From positions 22,384,001 through 22,448,000 of the forward strand of contig CM119371.1 in assembly GCA_051294905.1 (NCBI GenBank): a DNA stretch of 64,000 nucleotides, in the 5' to 3' direction. Positions 50,881-64,000 of this stretch are shown in pieces. The notes beneath the pieces are model-generated. The model was not told the DNA's origin and did not search any database. It saw nothing but the letters and a program-made list of their open reading frames with translations. Position 1 is the stretch's first letter. Every line of letters begins with the position of its first letter. Origin of the DNA: Botryllus schlosseri (lineage: Eukaryota). A program made the translations under genes and the position numbers.

Positions 50881-52690
50881 CTACAAGCACCCACACATTC
50901 GAATCACACATACATTGACCCTGATGCAGTGCATTGTTGGGATGACTCTAGTCACATTTTTAGTATGACTCGACTTGACTCGAGTCACTTTGCTAAAATG
51001 ACTTGACTTGACTTGATTCGGCGTATCGGAAATGGGGATCGTCTCGTGACAAAATTCATGAGTCAATTGCAAGTCATCAAGCAATCGATGCCGCAAAAAA
51101 TCACTGTATCTTTCAGTTGCTTTGATTATGCGCGAAACCCATGTGTAGCCCGTGGGAGCGACCAATCATTCAACGATCGTGCGCTTTACTGAGCCTACAG
51201 TGTTCTCTCACAAACAAATTGACTGCCAACGAATTGTTCGAAGCTTACACCTTACGCTGTCGTAAACTAGTATGATGAAGTAATTCAATAGGAAAATATC
51301 TTTCTCTGTACTTACCCCAAACCTCTTGCTTTATTGAAATTGAATTCTAGAATAGTTTATATAGTCCGCAACCATCGGTACAATTTGTAAATGGGTTATG
51401 TATTGGATCTAATCAATTCATTTCGCTTTTCTGTATTTCAGCTGGTACCTATAGACTGAGGCTATGCAATTACTTACCTAGTTTAGCAGTTCTACGTATA
51501 TTTCAGAAATACAGTGCCTTCGTGCGTGTATATTTAATCATCATATTTACCGGTACGGCTGGTAGAAGTGGTCTCATCGATCATTAAGGGGGCACACTTG
51601 AACTATATTCATACCATACGGCAAAACTATTTAGAGCAGTGGTTCTCAACCGGGGGTAAGCAAAGCATTTTCAAGGGCTCTGCGAAACCTCCAAATTTGC
51701 AAAATGTTTCATAACCTGATTTTTAGTTTGTTTCAAATTAGAGAAATCACGAATAAGATTGAATAAGACCAACAGTCAATCATTGATATCAGTAGCTCCG
51801 TACTTAGGTACCGTTTTTCTTTATATATCTTCTATGTCGACTTCATCGGCCAATGTGATTAGTGATTGCATATTGTTATTTCGTTAAGTTTGAAGTTTGT
51901 AGACGATAGACATCTCATTCTTCATATGTGAGGTAGAAGGCAATTGTGCACTCTGGCACATGGCACAAATATGAGGCCAATATGTTTGCTTTGAGACAAT
52001 AAAACACGGGGTGTCTGCTGATCCAAATATTGAAAATGCGTATCATGCAAACTTGAACGCGTGTGCTTATCATGCTCATTCTGCTCCAGTCGGGATGTAT
52101 AATATCATATTTCATCGGAACTGGCGAATTTGTTTCTGAACTAATATTCTGCTGAAAGATATTTGATTTATTGCCATAGCATTGAAGGTCATCTTTTATA
52201 TCCAAAATATCTATGAAAACTGTTTATTGATCGCTCCAAACGAACTTTGAGGTGTATGAAAGTATAAGTTGCCATTAAACTAATGCTTTTCAAAACTACT
52301 TCAAGTCGCACACGAAAATGGAAGATCTGGAAAGTATTAAAGTCAGTAAGAGTCTGAAAGTACATACATTTTTTTAAAGAAGCAACACTTTACAAAAGTA
52401 GTACAAATACAACAATAAATATAATGATAATCACTTTCGTTTTATTTTGAACTATGAGATGGGCACGATACCCTGCATCGCTTTTCGTCGAATAATAACC
52501 ACCAAGGAATCAATATTGGGGCTGACGAGACATGTTACTGTAGCTGGAAGACTGACTCCTTATAAAGCTCGATCTTATAGGAAAGCCCTAAGCCGTCTTC
52601 TCAAGTGTCTTCAAGGCAATATGCCCGTTGATATCGGGTGATTCTACCACGATGGCGTGCTGTTGGCAGCATACTTGTACAAACTACTGG

Positions 52691-52808
52691 ATTTTCAAAA
52701 TCCGCAACTAAAATTAGAACTACCTAATTTTCAAAATCCGCAACTAGAACTAGAATTAGAACTAGTCAATTTTCAAAATCCGCAATTACAACTAGAGCTA
52801 CAACTACT
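52691..52808. repeat. Short tandem repeat, three units of about 36-42 bp
   Basis: ATTTTCAAAATCCGCAA followed by (A/C)TAGAA hexamers, three times. Confidence 0.8.
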
Positions 52809-54001
52809 CAAAAAACCGCCAGACATATTTGTATGACGTAATTGTCTCGCTTCTTTCATTACTTTTAAGCATTCAAGGACAACCGAGACGGACGCCGCAC
52901 AGTCGGCCAAACTGGCGGAGGTATGACATTCAATATCGACAACGGCAGACGCATCACAGCGGACATTGTTAATCAAGATCAAGCAACATGTAACCAGACT
53001 AACAACAACACAAGAACGGATATTAGTTAAATGTCTACCTTATATGCGAGGTAGCCATTGACGTGCTACCATCGTTTCATATGGACTGTGGAAAAACACT
53101 ATCTTCGATGTGTATCGTTGGACGAGTTCAGGGATGTTCAACCTTTTTGCAATTCTCGGACGCAATTCGATTAACCCTCATAGTGGAGTGTTGCATTCCT
53201 GCGGAAATTCAATATGGCCCGGCTAGACTGCAGATATCCATGTTAAACTGGCTACTGGGATCTTCGTATCGAGAACAACCCTTCATTTTCAACAGCATTA
53301 ATGAATTCCTTCGATAATGATGGTAGTTGCACAAATATCACTATCAAATATTTACCTATTCTCAGCCCAAGTGATCAGATTTACTGGAAGAGATGCACAC
53401 TACACTGATGATGGTGCATCTTAGTGTGGTAATTAATCACTTTGTCGTATATCATTATATGTTGACCTCCTATCAGGATTATCGGAATAACCAAAATACA
53501 TATTCGAATTGCCCAAATGTACCAGAAAAACCTTCATTCGTGGAACCCACACGATTCCAAATTGGTATTTTCAAATGGGGTGCATAATTTTCCTCCAAGG
53601 CCGCATTTGTACAGTGAGGTCCAGCTGGCAAGAACACTACTATATTCACGACGAAAAATGAAGTCTTTCTGAGTCGCGAGTAGATCGGAAAAAGTTTTTT
53701 TTAAGTTGAATTAAAATCTCTCAACAATTTGGGATCCATACATCATCTTGTAAGTCGGATACAATGATTGCAGAGAAATCGTCATATATTATTTCAAGAT
53801 ATCAACCTTCCCAAGAAAAACCCGATAAGACTTCGTGCTTCATATGAAATCTTGATAAGAAATGCAAACCATCAAATAATCTAGAATTGATATGAATACA
53901 TTTGTGCGTGATGTGAAATTTGATTGACATTCGAAATTATATCTGGTTCAATAGAGACTCCCTGTTTCAGCGGTTACACAGAATCCTCGTTGTGTTGTAG
54001 T

Positions 54002-55267
54002 CAGAGATGGTCTGTAACGAAGTACTTCTACTTTTTGGAAGTACTCAAGTAATTTTTCTCTACTTCTGGTACTTACTCAAGTAGATCTGATTTTCTCTAC
54101 TTCTACTTCGTAATATTGTGTGATCTACTTACTTACTTTTCGCTATTTTCAGCTTGTCAAGTAGAAGTAGTCTAATCCCCCAATACCAAAGATAGCCTGA
54201 GGAAATTCTGGGCTGTTTTCACGGAGTACCAACATTCAATATTCATAAAAGTCGAGTAAAGCCCAGAAATTTTGTTGCGCTTCGCGCACAGTAGTTATGG
54301 GATGACAAATTTGTTTTCACGAAAGTATCAGTGAATATAATTTAGGTACTGGATTGCTAGGTTCCGCTCACACCGCTTTGTTGCCCATATCAAATACTTT
54401 ATCACAGTAAATATGGCGTTTGAAACTACCGTTTCACAATCTAGCAATTTCCTATCATTTTGTAATCTAGCAGCCCTTGGCGTGTCCTGCGAATCTGGAA
54501 AATCTGGTTTTTGTCAACATTACACCTGTTTTAGCAGATCACCTTCGAAGCTTTATGGACAAAGGACAGGAGATATATTTTCCGCTTTTTATAAGTGGTA
54601 TTTGTATTTCACTTTCAATTCCGAGTATCATAAATTGAGTTTTGATTGCTAGCAGTTCTTTTGTCTGCAGAACATACGTGTTGAAGCATAAAAACAAGCG
54701 TAGTATTGGCTCTATTTTCTGAAAATAAAGCTACATTAAATATAACTTTTACGATCCACAATATTTGTTATTAATATATACTAATCGCGCAAAGCGTTGA
54801 AACGGTATCCGATACAACTTCTCCGTATTTCTTTTCGCCTAAACTTGGGGCCTCATAATAGTGGGTAGGGCGCCATCCCATGATATTCTCTAAAATGGAG
54901 TCTTCTAGTGAACGAACGGTTAGATTCATATTTTCATATCAATATTATAATTTGCATCCCATGATGCGAAAGAATGCTTATTCTGTCGAGAATTGATACC
55001 TCCTGGGATGCATCAACAGGAATTAAGTTATCTGCACTTTCCGCATAGCTCCATTTGCAGCTTTTGGCAGTCCATGCGAACAAATTAAAACTGTTTTCAA
55101 AACTACTTACTTACTTGAGTAGATTTAAAGTCAGTCAATTCTACTTCTACTTCAAGTAGTTTTGGGTTGCTCAGGAAAAAAGTACTTCTACTCGTACTTG
55201 AGTAGATTTTTGGTAGCTACTTCTACTTCTACTTGAGTAGGTTTATTGACTACTTTGACCACCACTG
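54002..55267. mobile_element. Non-autonomous hAT element with TACTT/GAGTA subterminal arrays
   Basis: Ends CAGAGATGGTC / GACCACCACTG; perfect TSD GTTGTAGT; related left-end fragment near 56352. Confidence 0.88.
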
Positions 55268-56677
55268 GTTGTAGTCTCTGTGTGTCTACAAGACAGGCTG
55301 TCGCGTATTAGGTCATAGCAATTTATTTGAGTGAGTCAGGTTCGTCGAATAAAATGACTTATACGTAGGGAAATTTGCAAGCAACCTTTTGGAGCCCTGT
55401 TACACTTCAATAACATCACATAAACATTCATTCTGCGTTGAATGGTGCCTTCCCGACTTTTCAATACGACCAACTGAACATTTGCACATTCTTTAATTCA
55501 AATTGCATATTGACGGCGGTCAACACACGTTAATTTAATTATGTTCAGACGACTGCATAATGACGGGTGCAACATGACCACTACTGGATTAGTGTATGTC
55601 TCTCGCAGGACAAATGAAAATGCGGAAAGGAAGTTTACATCCTCTTAAAACTAATTCTGGGTAACGATCTATTACTGACTAATTGGCCGAACCTTACTAA
55701 TATATGTAAATATCAATATTATACATGGTAGCAAAACCTTGCACATAATCTCTTATTTAGGATTTTGGTACATATTTATAAGGATTTTTACATGTCGGAT
55801 CAAGTTTGATGGGCACCTTCTGATATATATTTTCCACCTTTTCTGAAAGTAGTTTTGGGCAGCTTTTGAAAACAAACATAGAAGTGTGATATTTGGAAAT
55901 TTAAACAAACTCAGACCGTGTAATTCGAGATTTTATGTTCAACCAATTCTCAGCATATAAACACTACTTGGAGTGGTGGACTGTAATTGGGCCAGTGTAC
56001 CTTCTTCTAGCCCATGCCCGTTGTTTGATATCATGAATATTATATCAGGACAAAGGGGTATCAATTATGGTGCTATTCTTTAGATATTTAGTATAATAAG
56101 CTTTATATTACCCAATATATTTTTTGAGATGTCCAAATGATATGATCGTATAAATCAGCTGTACTATTAATTTCCTTCACTGCAGACACACAGTGTACAA
56201 AGCTACATATTAAATACAGAGTACGATTTTTAAATAACAAATTGCAGTCTAGCAATCATACATATGAGTTATACTGCTATTGGTCTTCTTTGGAATCGAG
56301 GTTTGTGGGAAATAGTCAAGCATTAGAAAAATTGGACATATGGTGTTAGAACCAGAGGCAGTCAGTAACGAAGAACTTCAACATTTCCCACTACTTGCAG
56401 TACTTACTCAAGTAAATCCAATTTTTAACTAATTTAATGTTGCCATACTTTTTGATTTATTTTCTTTCTTTTCGCTATGTTCAGTTGCCAAGTGGAAGTA
56501 TTATATCCCTTCAAATATATAGAGAAATAGAGACTGATGAATTCTACGGTACGTGCAATTCATTTTACATCAATAAGAATGAATCACTGCTTCCACGAAA
56601 ACATGACGGAGACATCCTCGGTATATATCGCGTGCGGGGCTTGGCAACAGATTTCGATATTTGAGATTGCTTTAGGT

Positions 56678-57261
56678 CAGTGTTTTCCAAACTTTTTTGA
56701 GCTGCCACCCCCTAGACAACGAATAGATTGCCAGCACGCCAAACCCCCTCATCATCCCTAAATCATAAAACGAAAGCTGTTCTGCATTTATTGCAGCTAA
56801 TATTGAGACTGGATGAATCTGGCGTATCAATATTATAATCCCCAGCTTCCTCATATTGGGTTTGAGTTTTGATAAGAACAATATCATGCTTCGTGGTTCT
56901 CACAGCACACGATTAACCACGGTTTTCAGTGATACTGCCGACTGCTAAATTAGTCACTGATGGGCAGGATCAACACTGTCAAGCAACAATGAACTTTTCC
57001 GGTACAGCTGAATAAATAGACAGATGGCCCGAAATTGCCTGACTGAATCGATTCTACATTTTTACTGCTTCATTTATCAATCGTTTCAACACTACGCAGC
57101 AGTTGTCTTCTAAACCTACACCGCCCTAATTTGCTCTCAGCGCCCACCTAACGCTAAATTTTATAGGTAACGCACCCAAAACACCCATTTTATGGCCGCC
57201 GGCCCCTTCACGCTCGCGAACGCACCCAGGGATACGCTGAAGCCCAGATGGGGAACCATTG
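56678..57261. mobile_element. hAT MITE, inverted relative of 8851-9642
   Basis: Ends CAGTGTTTTCCAAAC / GGGAACCATTG; internal homology to 8851-9642; another MITE end follows at 57270. Confidence 0.75.
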
Positions 57262-57321
57262 CTCCAGATCAGTGGTTCTCAACCTTTTTTAGACACGCCC
57301 CCCTTTATGATAGTGAAACTG

Positions 57322-57530
57322 CTCTAGGTCATCATGGCATAGCTCGATAAAGTCATTTTGTTCGGAATAGAAACCTTCCTTAGCAATACTGAGGACTTCA
57401 AGGCTATATGTAAAAACTGGTGGGTCTGTGTAAAACTGGAGTCAAGGTTTTCAAAAGATATCGAGTTCCATTGGTAAAGGCTTCGAAACCCTGGGAGCAA
57501 TAGTCCATTGATTTCGAAGGCTCAGTGAAA
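57322..57530 (+). pseudogene. Gypsy-type LTR retrotransposon integrase fragment
   Basis: Broken translation LGHHGIAR*SHFVRNRNLP..TEDFKAICKNWWVCVKL..LVKASKPWEQ*SIDFEG matches the integrase zinc-binding region through the first catalytic Asp. Confidence 0.7.
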
Positions 57531-58462
57531 GATCAGTTTCGTCGTGCAAGAGTTAATATGTTGTTTTATGGTAGGCTGCAGTTTAGTTGAAGAAGAATAT
57601 CTGAAACAATGCATTACCACAATATTCTGCGCTTGCCTTATAGAAATTCTTGTCATATTTCATACTTTTGCAACTTCTTCAACAGTTAGAAGAACACAGT
57701 CATGCGTTGTGGTAGTCTTGGGCCAATTTTCTATCAGATATAGCAAATACTGTAAAACTGGATCGGTAACTTGGAGTGACTGGCTTCTATTATCGAGGCT
57801 GATAGTGGGATAGTGATATTTTATATATAAACAAAATTCAAAAATATTCGAAATTCAATGCTCCGTGTTCTCAATCTCAATAAATCGACGACACAAAGGG
57901 CGATACGTGACAGATTTACCCTTACAGGACGAGTTTAACTGGGTGAGCATACAGAAAAACTATGCTTCCTGCAATACAATATACATCTACTGGAATGATC
58001 TACAATTCTGTAGCACGTTTTGCTTTTTAGGATATCTCAAATTTCCATGAATGTAAACAATTAGGCAATAATTCTTTTTAATTTCAGTTTTCTCGTTTGT
58101 TGTTCAGCTTTCTGGGGCATGTACGAGTGCCATTTTGCCTAATATATAATATTTTTGGAGAATTCTCTGCTCCTTCCGTATTATTATCGGCCTATGATAT
58201 CGGTTATCGGCCTTGTGAGTGTGTCACAGTGAGTGTGTCACAGCACATTTTTGCTACCACTACGACGCACTATATTATTGCCTTGCCTTTTAAACGAAAA
58301 TCGTGCTAGAGTCCTAAAATATCTGTTTTTGTAACTGTTTACTTTGACAACGGTTTTTCTGGTCACAATATGAACATATAGTCATACTTTTATGTTTGTG
58401 TTTTGCGCATGACATCATGAACGGACGCACTTGACTCGACACGGAATTATAAAGTTACAGAT

Positions 58463-59248
58463 CAGGGGCGTCAAACAGGAGGCAATTCGAGGCAATTCTG
58501 AGTAGATCGAATAATTCTTGTATTTCCCAGCCCATATGTAACAAATTTCAAGATTTTTTTAGTAGGAAATGCTTCCATGTTCATAGTCCCCATTATAACC
58601 ACTCGACTACGGCGCTGTGGTTTCACTCTACCACTAGTAACAAGTCGGTGAAATTGCCATCCAATTTCAAGAAAGCAAAAAGTGCACACTTAGCTAAGAG
58701 TTTTATAAAAATATGGACCAAAAGTAGTTATTCACAGAACCGATATCGCCAATGCGGAACAGTAATATGCAATTAACATGGAAATATATTAGTTGCACAA
58801 ATATATAATTGAAATATCTATGGTCGCACTGCTGTGTGTCACTTTCGATCCAATAGATCCCCAGACATGATAGATAAACCAGTCTCACGGTTATAATAAA
58901 CCAAAATCCAACGCCTGCGTTTCCAATTAAATATCTTGTATTCCTCACAATGCATATGCAGGGCTAACGTCAGATTACGACCAAACCCAAGGGCGGATAA
59001 AAGATGCCAACTTATATCATCGTTAACGCAACTTTCAAACGCCATTGCCATTGATCGTGAATAAAAGTGTTGAAACTTGCTACTTTAAAAACACTATGAT
59101 CCATGTATTGTCGATATATGCTTTTAAGGTATTCAAGTGAAAAGCAAGAGCATGAGCTAACATTCTGGAATCATTTGACTGGTCTGGCCCGCGAGCGATC
59201 TGAATGCCTTTATCAGGCCCGCTACGCAATTTGAGTTTAACACCCCTG
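58463..59248. mobile_element. Non-autonomous hAT MITE
   Basis: TIRs CAGGGGCGTCAAAC / GTTTAACACCCCTG; TSD TTACAGAT/CTACAGAT. Confidence 0.75.
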
Positions 59249-59557
59249 CTACAGATTGCAAACTGACAACTACAAACGAGAAATATCCGCATCTGTTCGG
59301 CCAAACATTTTGCTTTGCAACGACCTGAAAAATGAAAGTCATTTTATTACAGTGCTCTATGTATGCCCGAACTGCACATGCATATGCGCCCGTGTAATAT
59401 CATCCGATTCGAAAGGGTTCAGTCGAGTCGCTCGTATTAAAATACTTCGAATCAATGATACCAATTAACCGCTGATATATTCTTACTGACAGTGACATAT
59501 AATTTGGAAACTTGATAGTTTGATGAGTAGTTCTCTCATGTGGCGCTCTCGAGTCGC

Positions 59558-59633
59558 GATGAGATCGTGGCAATAGTGGCTAGTACCTCACGTTGTGGCC
59601 GTCATAACCCAGGTTCGAATCCCGGTCACAGAA
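59558..59633 (+). pseudogene. tRNA-His(GTG) pseudogene
   Basis: Anticodon loop and T loop retained; mismatched acceptor stem, insertion in the D arm, mismatch in the anticodon stem. Confidence 0.8.
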
Positions 59634-60213
59634 CAGTTTTTACTATATGATCGAATAAGATGTCAGTAATCACGATGAGAATACCATAGTCTGCGCAACT
59701 TGTTGCGTAACAGGCCAGAGTTAAACATAATTGGAATCGTTATTACAGTTTCTGTCGTAACACATTAGCTATATGCCAATGTAGACTGAGCGACATCACC
59801 GAACTCTATATCCAACGAGCTCCTGCTTTTATACGGCAGTGCGGCCGTAGTAAGTAATGGTCAGAAACCTGGAAGTTTACCATGTTCAAATGCCCTCGAA
59901 TTATAATAACAAATATCAATAACAAAGTGAAAAGATGTAAATGACTACCTGGAACAAAACCTTCGACTGATGAGTTTCCCAGCCTAATTGTGACCAACTG
60001 ACTGGCATTTCAATCACAATCTCCCTCGTGATTGGAATCTATAGGATTCAGTGTATGACACACTTCTGAACGAGCGTATGATCGACTTAGATCAGCACTC
60101 CCTGAAGTGACCCTACGTTAGAATGATTGTTATTGATTGGGTTGTTTGATTGTACTAAAGAGTAATCAATTTCCCTATGGATACCGCCGATGGCATATAG
60201 CCAATCGCGCTGC

Positions 60214-60285
60214 GCTGTGATCGTATAGTGGTTAGTACCTCACGTTGTGGCCGTGATAACCCAGGTTCGAATCCTGGTCACAGCA
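60214..60285 (+). tRNA. tRNA-His-GTG: tRNA-His(GTG)
   Basis: 72-nt cloverleaf: acceptor GCTGTGA/TCACAGC, anticodon stem TCACG/CGTGA with loop TTGTGGC, T arm CCAGG-TTCGAAT-CCTGG; T4 downstream. Confidence 0.96.
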
Positions 60286-60485
60286 CCTTTTGCACAACTC
60301 ACGAATACTTACAAGCAAACTAATCATAACATTTCCTATAAAATATTGGCATTGACAACTTTTTTTCTTGTGGTTTTGATATGAATTCATCTACGCTTTG
60401 CTAATAATTTTCCGCACATGATATCGCTTTGTACACTGTTTGGTCGCCCTTGGTAGCTTCATAAAATCAAATTAGAGCTTTGAAG

Positions 60486-60870
60486 TAAGGATTACCATAC
60501 GTCCTCTTTCAGAGGATTTGTCCTCTTATCGTCCTCGGAGGACGCCCCGAATGTCCTCTTTTTTGAGAGTTTGTCCTCTTTTGTGAAAATTTTGGTTAAA
60601 TGTACGTTAAAATTGAACTGAAGATATATGGAATCAGTAATCGCGTAACGGTCCGCCGGGTCTTTGGGACAGTTAACCTTTTTTAGTCTACCAACGGAAA
60701 ATTCAATGAAAGTCTGTTTTCTGTGGTCGAGTAGGAAATATGACCTTTTTTTGGCAACCAACTACAAACTCAAAATAAATTTACCAATTTTCCGAATTTT
60801 ACTCCAGTATTGTAAGTTTTGGAATTTTTAAAAAGTGTTCTCTTTTCAGATTCCCAAAATATGGTAAGCC
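60486..60870. mobile_element. Degenerate hAT-Blackjack-like MITE
   Basis: Ends TAAGGATTACCATA / TATGGTAAGCCGA; GTCCTC subterminal repeats; similar to the end at 40663. Confidence 0.55.
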
Positions 60871-60904
60871 GATTTGAAGGTCGAAGTGGAGAAGGGTAAC
60901 ATGT

Positions 60905-61452
60905 AGGGTTGTGTTTAAAACAAGAAGCAATTTAAAACAAACATGTTTAGAACAAGGCCCTTGTTTAAAACATGTTTTTTATTGTTTTTTATTGTCTTTC
61001 TCCTAAGCCATATCGTCACGCATATTAAATTGTGACGTCATAGTGGATTGATATTCACAATGATAATGTAGGGTAAATATAGCTCCTTTGAGAAAATAGG
61101 CTCCCAATCCCGCTCATATACGGACCAAAAATATCTTTCACCAGGACTGCATCTTCATGCAGTATTTTTACTTTCGGCGGTCATCATCATCAGAACATTC
61201 ATTCCGTACCAATGATCTATCTACGTAATTTAGCTGTTGAACTGACTATTTCGAGGGTTCCAACCTTCCCATATCGTGTACGTCGGTTATATAGGTGGTA
61301 ATCGTCTCCCGTAGGCTCATAAAGCATGTTTTTGAAAGTGTTTACAAAATTATGGCATAATTATGCAACGTAGAAAAAACAGAATTTTTTAAAAAGGGCC
61401 TTTGTTTAAAACACAGTTTAAAACAACACCATTTGATTTAAATGCAGCCGTA
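60905..61452. mobile_element. Degenerate hAT-like element with GTTTAAAAC subterminal repeats
   Basis: Ends TAGGGTTG / CAGCCGTA; no TSD; sits at the junction of the two tRNA duplication units. Confidence 0.5.
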
Positions 61453-61538
61453 ATTGTTATCGAATGGGTTGTTCGATTGTGGTGAAGAGAAATTAATTCC
61501 GCAGTGGGTTCCGTCGATGGCATAGCACTTCGCGTTGC

Positions 61539-61597
61539 GCTGTGATCGTATAGTGGTTAGTATACCTCACGTTGTGGCCGTGATAACCCAGGTTCGA
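61539..61597 (+). pseudogene. Truncated tRNA-His(GTG) pseudogene
   Basis: Matches the 60214 copy except for a 2-nt insertion in the D arm; stops after GGTTCGA, 3' strand deleted. Confidence 0.85.
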
Positions 61598-63250
61598 CAC
61601 TTCGCTGATAATTTTTCGCACATGATATCACGAATGGTAGACTTCGAATCGATATAGCGTTACTGCAGTGCCCGATTTTGCCCGTGCAGTTACAATAAGA
61701 CAATTAGGAACGAAAAATATGTCTGATATCTCGACTTCAAGCGTTCGGCGCAATAAGCTAAATTTAGCAATGATCAGAAAAATGAAAGGCGTTCCCTAAT
61801 CATGGCCCATAAATGCCCTGCCCAATACCGCCTCGCTGTATATACTATTTGGTCGCCTGTAAGGACCAGATGAATCAACCTTGGTAGCAGCAGAAAATAT
61901 TCAAATGGGAGCTTTGAAGGTCGAAGTGGAGAAGGGTTACATGTGAACGCAGTTGAACATGGGTCAGTCGAACCTGCGGAATATGAGAACGCAGTTTTCG
62001 ATCGGTGTGTTGCTCGTCTTCGCTCCAGCGGAGTCCGAAAATAAATGTGGTTAATTTTCGCGAGCCTCGATGCCGAGATTTGTGCTTCGACGGCCAGTGC
62101 AGCAACACAACTGAACTCGGAGATGTGGCGTTATCTTTTTCTTGGTAAGGAGCGGAATCCCTCTTCAGTACTCTGAATTTCGAAATGAATGAATTATTTC
62201 AAGCGCGGGTATACGGCAGGAGAAACGGGACCTTCGCATTAATCAGTAACCAAGAAGTAGCGCTTGGTTTTAAAAAGGTTGTTGATCCTTGCCGTATAGT
62301 TTATTTGTTTATGACTACCAACAATAGAGAGAAATGTGTCAAGGAGAAAAATGTGTCAGTGTTGCTTCTATGTATGCCGTTATGAGGTTCACCGACATAA
62401 GATCAATAACATATTTAATCACAATTTAGTAGCCAGAGATACCACAAGATAGCGACACAGGGTAAACTGAAAAGACAGCGAGGAGTTGAATATACTTGAA
62501 TAGTCTTTCAAACAAACCTACATATATTTGCAAAAGAACATGCTAATTAGAGGCATGTACATCGCACAGTGCACACTCAATGAAAAGTGCCATAAGATAT
62601 CACAAAAAGTACACGCAGTATAATAAGGGAGTGGGAATGTGTCGGTATAGGTGAAGTCGATATGTCAGATTTCTGTCCGGTGATATCAGCCGCATAGCAG
62701 TATTCATTCAGTAGAATCTGCTTATATTTTGTCTTGAATGTGAACAATGAATAGTTGAAAATGCTGTACGGCTGTCGCATTGCCCGTGAAATAGGGATTT
62801 ATAGTTGTGGTCGATCATACTCGAAAGAGCGTGGCGTTCACTGGTAATTCCTACTGATCATAATTGGACGATGAGGAATCAAGTGTACTTGTACTTATGC
62901 ACTAATGAGTATACAGTAAAATTCGAGTGTGTTATCGAACGCTGGTGTAGCCTATATATAACAATTCAATCTCGAACTTCGGAATATCATACACATCCAG
63001 GGGTTGAATAACTCGTTGTTCCTAACAGCACCGTGGTCATAATTCATGCTTCTTCGTCGTTCGACAGACCTGATCCGGTTCAAAACGGCTAATTCGAATC
63101 TCTCGCCCTCACAAATAGTTAGAATTGATTTCGCATCATATATTGACCATTGCTACATTCTCGACCGAAATGTAAATTTCGGAACTTCATAGTTTGAATC
63201 GTAATTTGAATCGGGTGTCTGGTCGTCGGTGGGATAGCCCATCGAGTTGC

Positions 63251-63322
63251 GCTGTGATCGTATAGTGGTTAGTACTTCACGTTGTGGCCGTGATAACCTA
63301 GGTTCGAATCCTGGTCACAGCA
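63251..63322 (+). tRNA. tRNA-His-GTG: tRNA-His(GTG)
   Basis: Full cloverleaf; two substitutions versus the 60214 copy, one giving a U-G pair in the T stem; TTTT downstream. Confidence 0.93.
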
Positions 63323-63926
63323 CGTTTTGTACTATCGTTGCGCAATATGCCAGTAACGATGGTGGGACGACGACGTCTACTACGACCGCGTATACAAATC
63401 TGACATCGGCAACGGCTGAGACGAGATGACCCGATGATGGGGGAAGATTTCCTTTATGAAAAATTTGATATTTTATGTACATATTTGAATAAACATCACT
63501 AAAACGGTATGAAGCCTGATTTTATTTCTTGCGAAAGTGGTTCTCAACCGGGATACCTCTTTCACTGAACAGGAGTGCCGCGAGAAAATGAGGTGAAGAG
63601 GTTTGCTGTCGACATATAGCAAAAATTTAGGACATCCAAATTCTGCGTAGCATTTGGGAAGCTCATGACTAAGAAGAAGGTGATCACCGGCCGAGATGGT
63701 GTGATTACAGGACCCATGTGATCAATTGCGACTTGCGAGCATGATCGCTTTTGAATCACGCGATTACGATTACGATCAAATCGAAACTCGAAGTAGTCAA
63801 TTGCGATAACGATTACATTGAAAAGTCAGGGATGTCCCTGGGAAAAGTACTCAGGAAAAACAAATCCAGTGCACAACTTTTTAGCTCACGATTTTCGAAC
63901 GATTTTCATCCGAACATGGTGTAAGC

Positions 63927-64000
63927 CAGGGGCGGGCAACTTCTCCAGCCGGCGGGCCGGATATATAGGAAAATTAAGTAATTGGCGGGCCGTATTGACG
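63927..64000. mobile_element. Left end of a hAT MITE running off the window
   Basis: CAGGGGCGGGCAAC followed by GCGGGCCG motifs. Confidence 0.55.

Noticed and set aside
51442..51588. Possible terminal exon after ZU5 copy 2 (acceptor TATTTCAG)
   Set aside because: Good acceptor and open in phase 1, but the peptide has no recognisable features; cannot be supported without transcripts.
52691..52808. CRISPR-like repeat-spacer pattern
   Set aside because: Spacers are related hexamer repeats, the context is eukaryotic, and there are no cas genes.
63247..63429. 60-aa ORF
   Set aside because: Read-through of the tRNA-His gene.

Overview
AT-rich, intron- and transposon-rich metazoan genomic DNA, probably invertebrate (taxon not determinable from sequence alone); most short ORFs in the track are noise. 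Main content: (1) a putative + strand multi-exon gene (about 4.4-50.6 kb) built from symmetric phase-1 exons, with five diverged copies of a 111/117-nt linker exon and two copies of a ~830-nt ZU5(+UPA-like) exon. It arose by tandem segmental duplication, and the copies show a strong excess of amino-acid-changing differences. The second ZU5 exon is frameshifted at a G9 run. (2) A CR1-group (L2/Crack-like) LINE with an intact 971-aa endonuclease-RT ORF2 inside an intron. (3) Many non-autonomous hAT elements with readable 8-bp TSDs, a tRNA-derived SINE family, LINE 3' fragments, and hAT transposase and Gypsy integrase remnants. (4) A tRNA-His(GTG) cluster with two intact genes and two pseudogenes at 59.5-63.3 kb. 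Gene model and domain calls were made by eye and need RNA-seq and HMM confirmation.
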